Part shown: piece after piece, positions 1 to 11,629 of the stretch
How the letters are laid out: each line of letters begins with the position of its first letter
How positions within the stretch are numbered: the stretch's first letter is position 1
Origin: Octopus vulgaris
Taxonomy: Eukaryota
Assembly: GCA_951406725.2 (NCBI GenBank)
Contig: OX597818.1
Location: forward strand, 88,040,001 to 88,104,000
Length of the DNA stretch: 64,000 nt
Reading direction: 5' to 3'
Notes under the pieces: generated by a model
What the model was told of the DNA's origin: nothing
Seen by the model: the letters and a program-made list of their open reading frames with translations, nothing else
Databases searched by the model: none
Made by a program: the position numbers and the translations under genes

Positions 1-521
1 TTTTCACCTACTTTTCGACGAACGTACCTTTTCCCATCTGAGCCAAATAACATCAACTTAGATTCATCACTGAAATGCACCGTTTGCCATTTGTCTTGAG
101 ACCACAACACATGTTCGGTTGCAAAGGTAAGACGACACTTTTTATTTTTGGAGCTGATCAGTGGCTTCACTGCAGGTGATCTTGCTTGTAGGTTATGTTC
201 AACTAAACGATGAGACACAGTTTTTCGAGATAACGCTTTCTTCAGTACAATGCTCATTTCCCGAGAAACAGCAGCAGCAGTTTTAAATCTGTCCTTTTTA
301 ACCAACTCTACTATAGCACGATCTTCTCTCTTGGTCGTTTTTCTTGGCCTACCTGTAGACTTTCTTGCTTCATACGAACCACAATCATCGAAGACCTTAA
401 GAATACCGTGAACAACACTTTTTGACTTGTTAACAATCTTTGCAATAGACCCAATACTTAAATTATCCTTCTTTCGAAGCTTAATAATCTGCTGACGAAT
501 TGGTAACGGAGTAAGTGACAT
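1..521 (-). CDS. Tc1-family transposase, N-terminal ~173 codons, open to the window edge
   Basis: Manual translation from ATG at 521: MSLTPLPIRQQIIKLRKKDNLSIGSIAKIVNKSKSVVHGILK...STGRPRKTT...VKPLISSKNKKCRLTFATEHVLWSQDKWQTVHFSDESKLMLFGSDGKRYVRRK. Contains HTH region, GRPR AT-hook-like motif and first catalytic D (FSDESK), with no stop. Missing from the ORF track because it has no stop inside the window. Confidence 0.92.
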   Translation of the reverse strand, partial: MSLTPLPIRQQIIKLRKKDNLSIGSIAKIVNKSKSVVHGILKVFDDCGSYEARKSTGRPRKTTKREDRAIVELVKKDRFKTAAAVSREMSIVLKKALSRKTVSHRLVEHNLQARSPAVKPLISSKNKKCRLTFATEHVLWSQDKWQTVHFSDESKLMLFGSDGKRYVRRKVGE

Positions 522-863
522 TATATTAACAAAGTACAATGCAGATATTCTTAGTAATGTTTAGTAAATGAACCATCATGTAAACAAATTCAAAACATTA
601 GAGTTCGCCGGTTAAATATATTAAAACACAGAGTAAAAGCAACCGTTCTGATCATTTTGGCCGCCATGGGTTTTGCAGTAAATCACTAAATCATCCATAA
701 CTTTTGTATTATCCTCAGAAATTAAACCAAAATCTCAGACAATAACAATTAATATTGTATTTATTGTCTGTGAAAATTATAGAATATAAAACAACTTTGA
801 TAAAAACTTATACCTACTTTTCTGGCGAAAACAATGCCGTTCTGAACATTTTGGCCGCAACTG
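1..863 (-). mobile_element. Tc1 DNA transposon, 5' end with IR/DR-type terminal repeat
   Basis: Minus-strand end reads TA|CAGTTGCGGCCAAAATGTTCAGAACGG (TA at 864-865). A 22-bp motif at 837-858 recurs at 643-664 with one mismatch. Confidence 0.88.
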
Positions 864-919
864 TATATATGTATATATATATATATATTCATGTTTATAT
901 ATGTAAATATATATGTATA

Positions 920-1230
920 TAAAGTTAATCCAAACAAGAAAGCACAAAAAAAACACAACGCGAGGACGTGGAACAAATATAGTATATTTGGACGCTCAGG
1001 AAAGAAGGAAAGGAGGGTTTAACGTTTCGAGCGGAGCTCTTCGTCGGAAACATAGGAGAAGGAAAGATCCAGAGAAGGAAAGACAGAGGAAAAAAATCGC
1101 CTACGGTACACACGAGGTCCGACTGCGCGCGCGTGTTTTTCCATATCGTCGTCACAGCTCCGTCTTCTGGTGCATAAGAAAGAAGCAGCGACCAGCAGCG
1201 CCCCCTACGCACGTCCGAAGATGTATACAT
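920..1230 (-). mobile_element. Penelope-like terminal-repeat fragment carrying a minimal hammerhead
   Basis: Flanked by (TA)n and contains the hammerhead at 1017-1051. The same end (AAGGTTAATCCAAAC...) recurs truncated at ~54202-54260. Confidence 0.55.
1017..1051 (-). ncRNA. Minimal type I hammerhead ribozyme motif (U4C core variant)
   Basis: Minus strand: GUUU CCGACGA A GAGC UCC GCUC GAAA CG UU^ AAAC. Stem I GUUU/AAAC, stem II GAGC/GCUC, palindromic ACGU stem III. Confidence 0.7.
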
Positions 1231-1259
1231 GTTTGCATATATGTATATATATATATGTA

Positions 1260-1329
<70 letters not shown>

Positions 1330-1349
1330 TGTGTGTATATACATATATA

Positions 1350-1878
1350 TGTCAGGTCACTTTCGAGTGCTACTGGTAACATGTAACCCAGTACAACCTG
1401 TTGCAAGGTGGGGTCGTCGGCGACTAAACCGGTAACCCCACCAAGCTTGCTTGCTGCGGGATGAAAAACAAAACCCGTGAAAGGGCGGAGGAACTCTTGA
1501 GAGTCAACGGCCATCCAATAAATGTCTTAAGGCTATATCATGCGCGGGGATATAGAAATAATCGAACTGAATACCCGATCGCGCGATTAAACCATTGGGA
1601 GTGAAGGACTCCTAGCCTTTGTTAGGGCATCCTTCTAGGAGAAGGTAACTCAAGCAACTGGGATAACTCCGACATAAAACCTGCGGCTCAGTGGTTACAG
1701 ATGATGTTGACTTGTTCTTCTCTTCGGATTATGGCTGCTGTTGCTTAGTGAGTGGGATTGATTCAGTGCACAGCCTTTCCTCACTTTAAAAAATCTTCTT
1801 GCACAGGCATTGCACGATAACAACATTGATTAAGCTTCGTGCAATGGCCATACTCGATAACGAAGGGACAACCACCAT

Positions 1879-1880
<2 letters not shown>
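1350..1880 (+). mobile_element. RTE-type LINE 5'-UTR-like or non-autonomous element
   Basis: Motif GGCATCCTTCTAGGAGAAGGTAACTC...CCGACATAAAACCTG resembles RTE 5' UTRs and recurs on the minus strand near 36955-37000. Several hairpins at the 5' end; bounded by (TA)n. Confidence 0.5.
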
Positions 1881-1929
<49 letters not shown>

Positions 1930-1995
1930 TGCGTGTATATACATACATGTATATACATAATTATATATATATATATATATATATAAAATGTATAT

Positions 1996-3708
1996 ACATC
2001 AACATCGAAGATGATGATATCACACTAGCCATTGATGAGATTGACACAAACTCAGCTGCTGGACCTGATGGATTCCCAGCGATCCTTCTCAAATCGTGCA
2101 AACGAGCCCTTGCAAAACCGTTACAGCTTCTTTTTCAGAGCTTTCTTGCAAGTGGTAAGCTCCCAGTCAAATTGAAAGAGGGGGTAATATGCCCTATCCA
2201 TAAGGGAGGTAGCAGAGCAGATGCTAAAAATTATAGGCCTATCTCTCTGACCTCACACATCAGCAAAGTCATGGAACGAATAGTCCGTAAGAAACTAATC
2301 ATGTTCCTTGAAGAAAATGACTTGCTGTCTGACACCCAGCATGGATTTCAACCAGGTAGAGGCTGCCTAACACAGCTCCTGCTAAACACTATGACTGGGT
2401 GTTGAAACAGCTACTAAATGGCTCAAATGTGGATGTAATATATCTCGACTTTGCAAAAGCCTTTGATAAAGTCGACCATGGTATGATCTGTCACAAACTG
2501 CGTGGTCTCGGCATAGGCGGGAAACTTGGAGAGTGGCTGCACAACTTCCTAAAAGACAGAAAACAGGCAGTTGTGAGCAATGGAGCCACCTCCAAGGAAA
2601 CGCAAATAACAAGCGGTGTCCCACAGGGCACTATCTTGGGGCCACTGATATTCATAGTGGCCCTTTCAGACATGCCTTCAGTTGCTACGATGACCACCCT
2701 TGCTAGCTATGCAGATGACACAAAAGTCTCCCACGCAATACAAAACCCTGAAAATATTGCGCATCTGCAACATGAGCTGGACACAATATACAGGTGGGCT
2801 GAGGACAACAACATGCAGTTTAATGCAGGTAAGTTCCAGGCCCTGCGCTACTGGCACACAAAGATAAATGACGTGAAGACTGGATACACTGGCCCAGGAA
2901 GAATTGCAATCCCTGAGTCAAAATCAGTGCGTGACCTGGGCATTGACATGAGCAATGATGCATCTTTCCAAATGCATATTGCTAATCTGGTGATAAAATG
3001 CAGACGGCTAGTTGGATGGATTCTCCGAACTTTCAGAACAAGAGAGAAGGAGACACTGATGGTCCTATGGAAAACATTCTTCCTCAGCCGCTTGGACTAC
3101 TGCTCCCAACTTTGGTTACCACACAATATAAAACTAACAGCAGAACTCGAAGCAATTCAGAGAAGCTACACAAAGAAAATCGTCTCAATGCAAAATATCA
3201 GCTACTGGGAAAGACTGAAGGTATTAAACCTCTTCTCCCTAGAGCGCAGGCGGGAGAGATATGCGGTGATATACATTTGGAAAATCCTGGAGGGTCTTGT
3301 CCCAAACTTTGGCATTAAAAGTTACTCCAACCACAGAACGGGGCGCCACTGCATGGTGCCAAGGATTCCAACATCACCATCAAAATACAGGTCCAGATAC
3401 TGCAACAGCTTGGGTTTCAGAGGACCACAGCTCTTTAACATCCTCCCTAAATGCCTGAGAGACTTACATGGTGTGGATGTGGGTTTCTTTAAAACTAAAC
3501 TGGATCTCTTCTTGTTGGGAGTCCCAGATGAGCCTACCTCACGACAGGAGACGCGGATGCGGGCAGCATCATCGAACTCCCTTGTTGATCAAGTGCCACG
3601 TATCAGAGGTGGATTCACAAATTAGTGTAGCTCATTCAGTGGTGGTGCCCCAGCATGGCCGCGGCCTTCGGGCTAAAACATTTTTAATGATTTAATGATT
3701 TAATGATA
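1996..3708 (+). mobile_element. 5'-truncated CR1-type LINE (RT domain, one frameshift near 2385, 3' UTR, (TTTAATGA)n tail)
   Basis: ORFs 1839-2405 and 2399-3625 contain GPDGFP, NYRPISLTS, YLDFAKAFDKVDH, SGVPQGTILGP and YADD. Closely related to the copy at 55.8-59.2 kb. Confidence 0.95.
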
Positions 3709-3710
3709 CT

Positions 3711-3764
<54 letters not shown>

Positions 3765-3793
3765 TGTGTATATATACATACACGTATATATAC

Positions 3794-3838
<45 letters not shown>

Positions 3839-4325
3839 ATGCACACGCATATATAGAAATATATATATACACACACACTCACACATACATACACCACACT
3901 GGCTTTTGCAAACTGTAGTATCTAAATCAAGATATATCCAACATAAAATGTTACAACTCTTTTTAGATGACAAATGATAATACTCCACGATAAACACACA
4001 TACACTACCACACGCACAGACGCGCTCATACTCAAATATGCACACACCCATACAAACGGAGACACACGTAAGGATATTGCATAGCTGCATATATATTTAG
4101 GTATGTATGAATATGACCATGTATATCTAATTGTGCGTGTATGTGTGTGCCCGTGTGTTGTGTGTGCATGCATGCACGCGCGTGATGGCATGTGTGTATG
4201 TGTGTGTCTATGTGCGTGTGTGTGTGTATACACTTAGATGTATGTATATTTGCATACATAAACAAATATTCCTGCGAGTTCAGAGTTGCACACTTCTCAT
4301 ATGTGTGTTTGTGTGGGTGTATATA

Positions 4326-4395
<70 letters not shown>

Positions 4396-4462
4396 ATGTA
4401 CATACATATATATACACACACATATATAGACATATATACGCACATAAGGTTGCATATATCAA

Positions 4463-4502
<40 letters not shown>

Positions 4503-4845
4503 TATGTATATAAATATATACACACACATACACACATACAAACACCCGCACAAGCATGCAGAGAGACAAGTAAACAGACAGAAGAGACAGCGACAGAGAG
4601 AGACGTACACTGATGTATAAGATATATATATATATGTGTCTGTGTGTGTGTGTGTATGTGTATGTGTGTGTGTGAGTGCCTGTGTGTGTGATTGTGTGCT
4701 TCTGTATGTGTGTTTGTATGTGTGTATTAGAGTCTGTGTTCAGGCGCGCGTGCGCCTCTGTATACAGAACGTGTTCCGTCCGAACCGAGGCGTGACATCC
4801 AATACGAAGTTGTTGACATCTCCACATCACGCGCTGTTCGCAGTT

Positions 4846-4916
<71 letters not shown>

Positions 4917-4918
4917 CC

Positions 4919-4951
<33 letters not shown>

Positions 4952-5238
4952 TACGTCTGTCTTTGCACGATTAGGACACAAGACAGAGTGATATATTTTT
5001 TTAAACATGGCGTCACTCATCTTTGCTCACCAACCTACGACCCACTTCCTCCACGTGATCCAAACAACGCCGATATGAATCAACTAAGAAACAGAGGTAT
5101 AGACATTCATCCTCGCACGCATACACATATATACATATACACACACAAACACGCTCAGATCCATATACATGCATATACTTATGCATACATGCTTACATGT
5201 ATGCATCCATTCATCCATCTTTCCATCCATCCAACCAT

Positions 5239-5279
<41 letters not shown>

Positions 5280-5322
5280 TATATACATATATGTATATGC
5301 ATATCCATATACACACATATGT

Positions 5323-5361
<39 letters not shown>

Positions 5362-6026
5362 TATGTATATATGTATACTCACACACACTTACATACACAC
5401 ACAGACATATATATATATATATTTATATACACATATATATATATATATATATATAAATACACTCACACGCTTAAATACACTTACGCTGGTCGTATGACCT
5501 TTATGTCACAAGTTCAAAATATACGATATTTCAGATATGTATCTTTAACAATCTCATTCAACACGTATGCTCTCAGTATATACACGATAAGCTACAGCAG
5601 TAATCACACAAACCACACATATACAGACATATACATACATACGCGTCTCTACACACAAACACATATGAGCATATATATATATATTTACATATGGATATGT
5701 GTGTGCGTGATGATATATTTATACAGACATAGATGAATATACATATCTATACATAAACAGGTATATATACAAGTCAATAACCTACACATATATTACATGC
5801 ATATATTTACAAAACAAAACAACACTGGTTTACCGTTCAGAAGAAAATGCTACTGGATCTATAAATTTAGTCTGTGCGTGTATACACACTAATGTTTGTG
5901 TTTATATGTTTGTCTGTATATATGTGAGTGTGTGTTTCTATGTGTGCGTGTGTGATAAGACTTGTGTGCAGAATATTGCACACTCACTTCATCAATATTC
6001 AAACCATCTGCGTATATCGCTGTATG

Positions 6027-6184
<158 letters not shown>

Positions 6185-6250
6185 GTATATATATATATGT
6201 TCTCTTTTTCTTCATTTCATTAATCTATACCCTTCTCGTTTTCCCTATTT

Positions 6251-6306
6251 GTCTCCGATGACGGAATATCCCACACTCTGGGATAGCCCAGAAACAGTTG
6301 TAAGAC
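6251..6306 (+). ncRNA. Type I hammerhead motif (CCGAUGA core), Penelope-associated type
   Basis: GUCU CCGAUGA [stem II incl. UAUCCCA/UGGGAUA] GAAA CAGUUG UA^ AGAC. Stem I GUCU/AGAC; quasi-palindromic stem III. Confidence 0.65.
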
Positions 6307-6527
6307 TTGGAATTTGTTTCCAATAATAATAATGATGTATATGACTTGAGATGTTTGCCTTGCCTTAACGTTTGTTGTCCTCTTTAACTGTTACATATCC
6401 ATTGTATTGGAAATCTGCAATGGCTCCATAACTGCCGTCTCCGCAATAACCTTGGAGTTCTAGTAAACTGTTACGGCACTTACCTAGCGTACCTTGTCCT
6501 TTAGATCTTCTGTGAACTAAACCACCG

Positions 6528-6595
<68 letters not shown>

Positions 6596-6747
6596 CATAC
6601 ATATATGTATATGCATTTGTAGGTACATGTTTAAATGCATACATGCATATATTTTTGTAAGTTTGCATGTATGTAAATATATAAGTTTGTATGTATATAT
6701 GTCCGTCGTGGGTGTGACTTTAAAGTGAAACAACCGAAGAAAGTCTC

Positions 6748-6912
6748 ATAGAACTAGACCTAGAAATGCATTGTGGTATAATCCAGCATTTAGTATACGC
6801 GTTAGAAGTAATGTAGGCTGAGACTATCAAAATCTAGAATCAAAACATATTAGCAGTGGGCATAAACATCACAGAATTTTTAACAGAACTCTTAGAGCTA
6901 GCTATTCTTGTT
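6748..6912 (+). pseudogene. Penelope-like retroelement RT thumb/linker remnant
   Basis: Translation RTRPRNALWYNPAFSIRVRSNVG*DYQNLESKHISSGHKHHRIFNRTLRASYSC matches the PLE motif R.RNIIWFNPP.S..V.TNIG...KIFNRNT.KVSYSC; internal stop. Confidence 0.75.
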
Positions 6913-7088
6913 TGGTTATATCATTTACTATGTCTATGTGTTGGAACTTTCTTTATTCGCCCCAATTTCTGTGTTTCTTATAATCTTTCTCTCTCGTCAT
7001 TAGTATAATGTGCATGTATTATCGTTCTTGTCACCAAGCTATCAATCTTTCACCTTCATTACCGTTTTGCCACAAGCTATATTCGATA

Positions 7089-7136
<48 letters not shown>

Positions 7137-7139
<3 letters not shown>

Positions 7140-8082
7140 AATAAAATAGAACATATGCATATATATAAACATATATGTACGTACCTACCTCTACATGTAC
7201 ATATACACGCATATATGTGTACAGGACATCAAAAAGACGTCGAACACATAGAGAGACGAAAAACATAGACACAAACCAAGGAACAGGACAAGCAAAAAAG
7301 AAAAAAAGAGATACAGGACAATAAGCACAACGAAAAATCCCCTTCTTCAGTCGCTAAGGTTTCATCTACTCTACGTTTCGAAGGATAAAAGCGAGACGTA
7401 TACTTCGAAGAAACTTCCTTCCTGCGAAAAGCAAATCAATTAAAATTCTGAGATCTTTTCGCAGAGGGGTAAAAAATGGTAAAAAAAGCAAGACGGTAAC
7501 GACAGTACAAACATATAAACAGTAAAAAAAAAAAAAAAATTATATATAAACAGTTGAAAAATAAATATATAACAGTGAGAGACAGGACAAGGAGAACAAG
7601 ATAAGAAGGGCTGTTTACGTCAGACGAAAAAAGTAATGCAAACGCTGGATTATAGTGGACGACGAGAGAGAAAGAATGTCGACCAGTGGCCTTAGAAGGC
7701 GGGCGAGAAAAGACAGGATAGCAGTTACGACGGAAGTATCGTCGCAGATGGACGACGGGAATGGGGGAGGAGGAGCAAGAGGAAGAGAGAGAAGAAGGGG
7801 AATGGTGCGAGGAGACCATGAAGAATGGTGAGGGGGAGAGAGAGAATGAAGAATGAGAGAGAGAGGAAGAGACAAGTTAAGTGAGGGAAAAAGGACGAAA
7901 AAGGGAATGGGAGAGAAAGAAAGAAAGAAAGATGCAGAGTCGCGTGAGAGTTAATATCAAGGCTAACTTGATAAACAGAACAATCTTACTTAATAGGGTG
8001 CGTGCGTTTAGTCGTATAATATGTTAATAAAATAGAACATATGCATATATATAAACATATATGTACGTACCTACCTCTACAT

Positions 8083-8086
<4 letters not shown>
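7137..8086 (-). mobile_element. Non-coding terminally redundant element (886-bp period) with permuted hammerhead
   Basis: Identical 64-bp direct repeats at 7137-7200 and 8023-8086; (TA)n on both sides; no credible ORF. Confidence 0.8.
7339..7469 (-). ncRNA. Non-circularly permuted hammerhead ribozyme candidate
   Basis: Minus-strand order: UACGUC^UCGCU ... CCUUC GAAA CGUA ... AGCGA CUGAAGA AGGGG, with upstream CCCCU, a hairpin, and GAAGG partners. Confidence 0.8.
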
Positions 8087-8129
<43 letters not shown>

Positions 8130-8559
8130 ATATAATTATAAATATACACATACACACATACATGCACATACATACATATATGTTTGTTTATGTGTGTGTG
8201 TATGTAGCATTCTACGCCACACCTCCTCTCATTCTATCGGCTTAATAGCAAATTACCTTCTGTAATCTCCCCTCATTTTTCCCTGCCTTTTCTTTCTCTT
8301 TTAAATTGATTTTGCTTTTCAGCTTTTCTAATTTTTATTATTTTCCTTTAATATTAGTATATTCGCATTTGTTTATTCATTTTAATCTCAACTATAATTT
8401 TTAATTTTAGTCTTCATTGTATGCTTACTTATAATCTATTCTATTTTAATTCTTGCAGTTTCTTATTTTTGATATAGTCCATCTTTATTTTTACACTCGC
8501 ACGTAGCATAGATTGTTATATAAAGTTTCTTCGATTCAACTATTGTTTAGATAATCTAC

Positions 8560-8735
8560 TCCATCTCATCTCGAAGAAGGTCCCAATACTGTAACAGTCT
8601 GGGATTCAGGAATCAATAACTGTTCGACATACTCTCAAACAACCTCAGAGATTTGCGAGGTGTAGATATAGAGGTCTTCAAAGAGCGTCTGAACAAATGT
8701 CTATCTCAAATTCCAGATGAAACCACATCACGGCA
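8560..8735 (+). pseudogene. CR1-type LINE C-terminal fragment
   Basis: Translates to [49 protein letters not shown], homologous to the end of ORF 2399-3625. Confidence 0.8.
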
Positions 8736-8835
8736 GTCACATAGCCACACATATATACATATATATATGCACACACACACACGCATACACACACATATAC
8801 ACACGCATGTATATATATGTGTATATATATGTATA

Positions 8836-8896
<61 letters not shown>

Positions 8897-9190
8897 CACA
8901 CATGTATTATTTGGTTTCACTCATAGACTGCGGTCATGCTGGTGCATCGCCTTCAAAGATTTAATTGAACAAATCGACAGTATCTATTTTCTAAGCTTGT
9001 TACAAATTCAAATTTCTTCGTTTTGCTGAACCGCTAAGTTAAGTTACTGGGGCGTAAACAAACTCCAGTTGACAAGCAGTTGTGGTTTATCAAGATATAC
9101 ATACATAGATATATACATACATATATACAAACATATATATATATATATATATATATACTTTATTTTAAGCAGCAGAAAATTCAACAAAAT

Positions 9191-9228
9191 CTGTTACTCT
9201 GAGTTTCTCGTTGCCGTTCATCAGACAG
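9191..9228 (-). ncRNA. Minimal type I hammerhead ribozyme
   Basis: CUGU CUGAUGA A CG GCAA CG A GAAA CUC A GAG UA^ ACAG. Perfect core, stem I CUGU/ACAG, stem III ACUC/GAGU. Confidence 0.78.
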
Positions 9229-9933
9229 TTTTTGCTAGAATGGAACTTATATATTAATTCAATCTATACTCTTACAAACGCTACACCTTTAAAAAGAAAT
9301 GGACTTGTTTGATTGGCCCTTTAGAAAAAACGGTCAATCTTCGAGCGATAAACAAAAAGGTCAAAAATATATGTATATATATATAAAAAAACTTATAAAA
9401 ATTATAAAATCCGAGGAAAAAACCGAGGAAAAAACCTATTGCCGTTAATGAAGACAGTACAAATTAATGCATAGAAATTAAACCTGTTATAAATACTGCA
9501 ATACATATTTATATTAAAATCTACATATATATATATACATACACAAAAGGATGCGCGTAAACGCCATACATACATATACAGACGTATGAATATGAATCTA
9601 AATATACACATAAAAGCATGTGTACATATATTCACGCAAACCGTCTCGCACGCAAGCTAAAATTCATCTATGTAGCAATTCTCATATACTGAGCAAGGAG
9701 GGGGAACGAAAGAAAGGGAAAGAGAGAAAAAGGAACGAAGGAGGGGTGGGAGGGAAACTTGTAACGATGTTATTGGCATCTATAGAGACCAGTATACATA
9801 CACAAGTTTGAATTGATACATATACATACTGTCGTGTATATGTGTGCTTAAGCACAAGCATACTTTCACTTACACATACACAGATACGCATGCTTACAAA
9901 TACATATGCTTTGCTATACACATACTTATATAA

Positions 9934-9976
<43 letters not shown>

Positions 9977-10149
9977 ATATGACTAGTTTCTGTTATTTTC
10001 TGTCTACCAAATCTACTTACGTGGGTTTACTTGGTCCAGGGCTTTTGTAAAAGTCGCTTGCGCAATGTGCCATGAAGTGGGATTGAACCTGGAATCATGT
10101 GGTTGGGAAGCATACTTCTTACTACGCGCCTATATGTATGTCACTATTC

Positions 10150-10722
10150 AGTTTTATCTCAAAATTTCTTGCCAATAGAGAAAGAGCCGGTTTCTAACCT
10201 AAATCCAAGGCTCCTTCATTGGAATTTCAACATCAAAATCAGGATGTGTATGTATGTATGCATGTATATATGCATGTATGTATGTATGCATGTATGTATG
10301 TATGTGTGTATGTATGTATGTATGTATGTATGTATGCATGTATGTATGTATGTGTGTATGTATGTATGTATACGTGCAGATTCGTACGTTTTGTTTTATG
10401 TATGTCTAGGTATGTATATACTTGCATATCTAGACATGCTCAGATATACTTAAATGATAAACTTCTGGAAAGTTTTATAGGCTTTTTACACTTCATGTAA
10501 TGGCTTGGATTCGTAATCTTCGAATCAGCTTTCTCCTTTCTGGTTTTCAGAAACCAGGTTTCTCAAGATTGGTATTTAGGCAGTGTGTTACATATCCCCA
10601 ATGTCCCAATAAGTACAGGTATAAACCCGTGCTTGCAAACTGGATAGAGTAACAGCAGATTTTTCAATATTTCAGCGTAGGTATTCTCTTTTTCACTGAC
10701 CTTCAGCTTTATGTTAACTATG
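10150..10722 (-). mobile_element. RLE-type non-LTR (R4/Dong-like) 3' fragment within (TACA)n
   Basis: VNIKLKVSEKENTYAEILKNLLLLYP...FIPVLIGTLG resembles the RLE C-terminal 'NI..KE.EK...Y.....IP.VIG.LG' block. Confidence 0.6.
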
Positions 10723-11227
10723 TATGTATGTATGTATGTATGTATGTATGTATGTATGTATGTATGTATGTATGTATGTATGTGTGTATGTGTGTATTCT
10801 TTTTTTCTTTTACTTGTTTCATACATTAGACTGCTGCCATGCTGGGGCACCGCTTTGAAGAATTTTAGTCGAATTTTAGTACTGTACTTATTTTATCAAT
10901 CTCTTACCGGTTGTCAAGCAGCGGTGGGGGATAAATACAGTCGCAAAGACATACACATAGATACACACACACACATGCACCCAGATAGGACTATTGTAGA
11001 AGACACTTGCTCAAGGTGCCACGCGTTGAGTCTGAACCAAATTGGGAAACAAGCTTTATTACCACACCATAATTTTTATTACGTTTTTATGTGGAAAACA
11101 TTGACAGCGACTTTGAAGTTTCGATTCACTGGTCGTCAGCAGATTGTATAATGGCGGCTAACAAACCATAACTTTGAATACACTGTCAACCCTTTCTTGT
11201 AAAAACCACCAATACATACATTCATAC

Positions 11228-11268
<41 letters not shown>

Positions 11269-11398
11269 AAGAAAGAGAGTTTGGAAGATGTATTTGATGA
11301 CATAACTGGTAACTTAATAAATTAAATATAATCTAGCAAAAGACAAATGTATTTTAATAAAAAATAATTAGTACACGTTTTCAATAAGCTTTCTTATA

Positions 11399-11625
11399 TT
11401 GGGTTGTCCGGAAAGTTCGTACCGATTTCATAGTAGCTTACCTTTCGACTTGCCCTCCCAGGCACCTCAATTCTAGGAAGAGGGTATTTTCAAGATAAAG
11501 GAAAGATGGAAACGCATTGTGCCAACAAAATGGTTCATATTTGGTTGATTAAAAATGTAATGGCAAGTATTTATTGACCTCTTTCTTTCCTTCAAAAATC
11601 GGCACGAACTTTCCGGACAACCCAG
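11399..11625 (+). mobile_element. Mariner-derived MITE (internally deleted)
   Basis: ~30-bp TIRs TTGGGTTGTCCGGAAAGTTCGTACCGATTT / AAATCGGCACGAACTTTCCGGACAACCCAG with TA on both sides; interior encodes a mariner C-terminus (EEGIFKIKERWKRIV..NGSY). Confidence 0.85.
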
Positions 11626-11629
11626 TACA

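Noticed and set aside
1420-1495. Twister-ribozyme-like words (TAA..CCGGT..CCAAGC..GCGGAGG)
   Set aside because: Could not build the P1/P2/P4 helices and the two pseudoknots.
8565-8610. TCGAAGAAGG...GTAACAG hammerhead look-alike
   Set aside because: Explained as CR1 coding sequence (RSQYCNSLGFR); core mismatched.
10170-10230. Minus-strand CCAATGA...GAAACCGGCTC hammerhead-like motif
   Set aside because: G5 missing and the stem III/cleavage triplet is imperfect.
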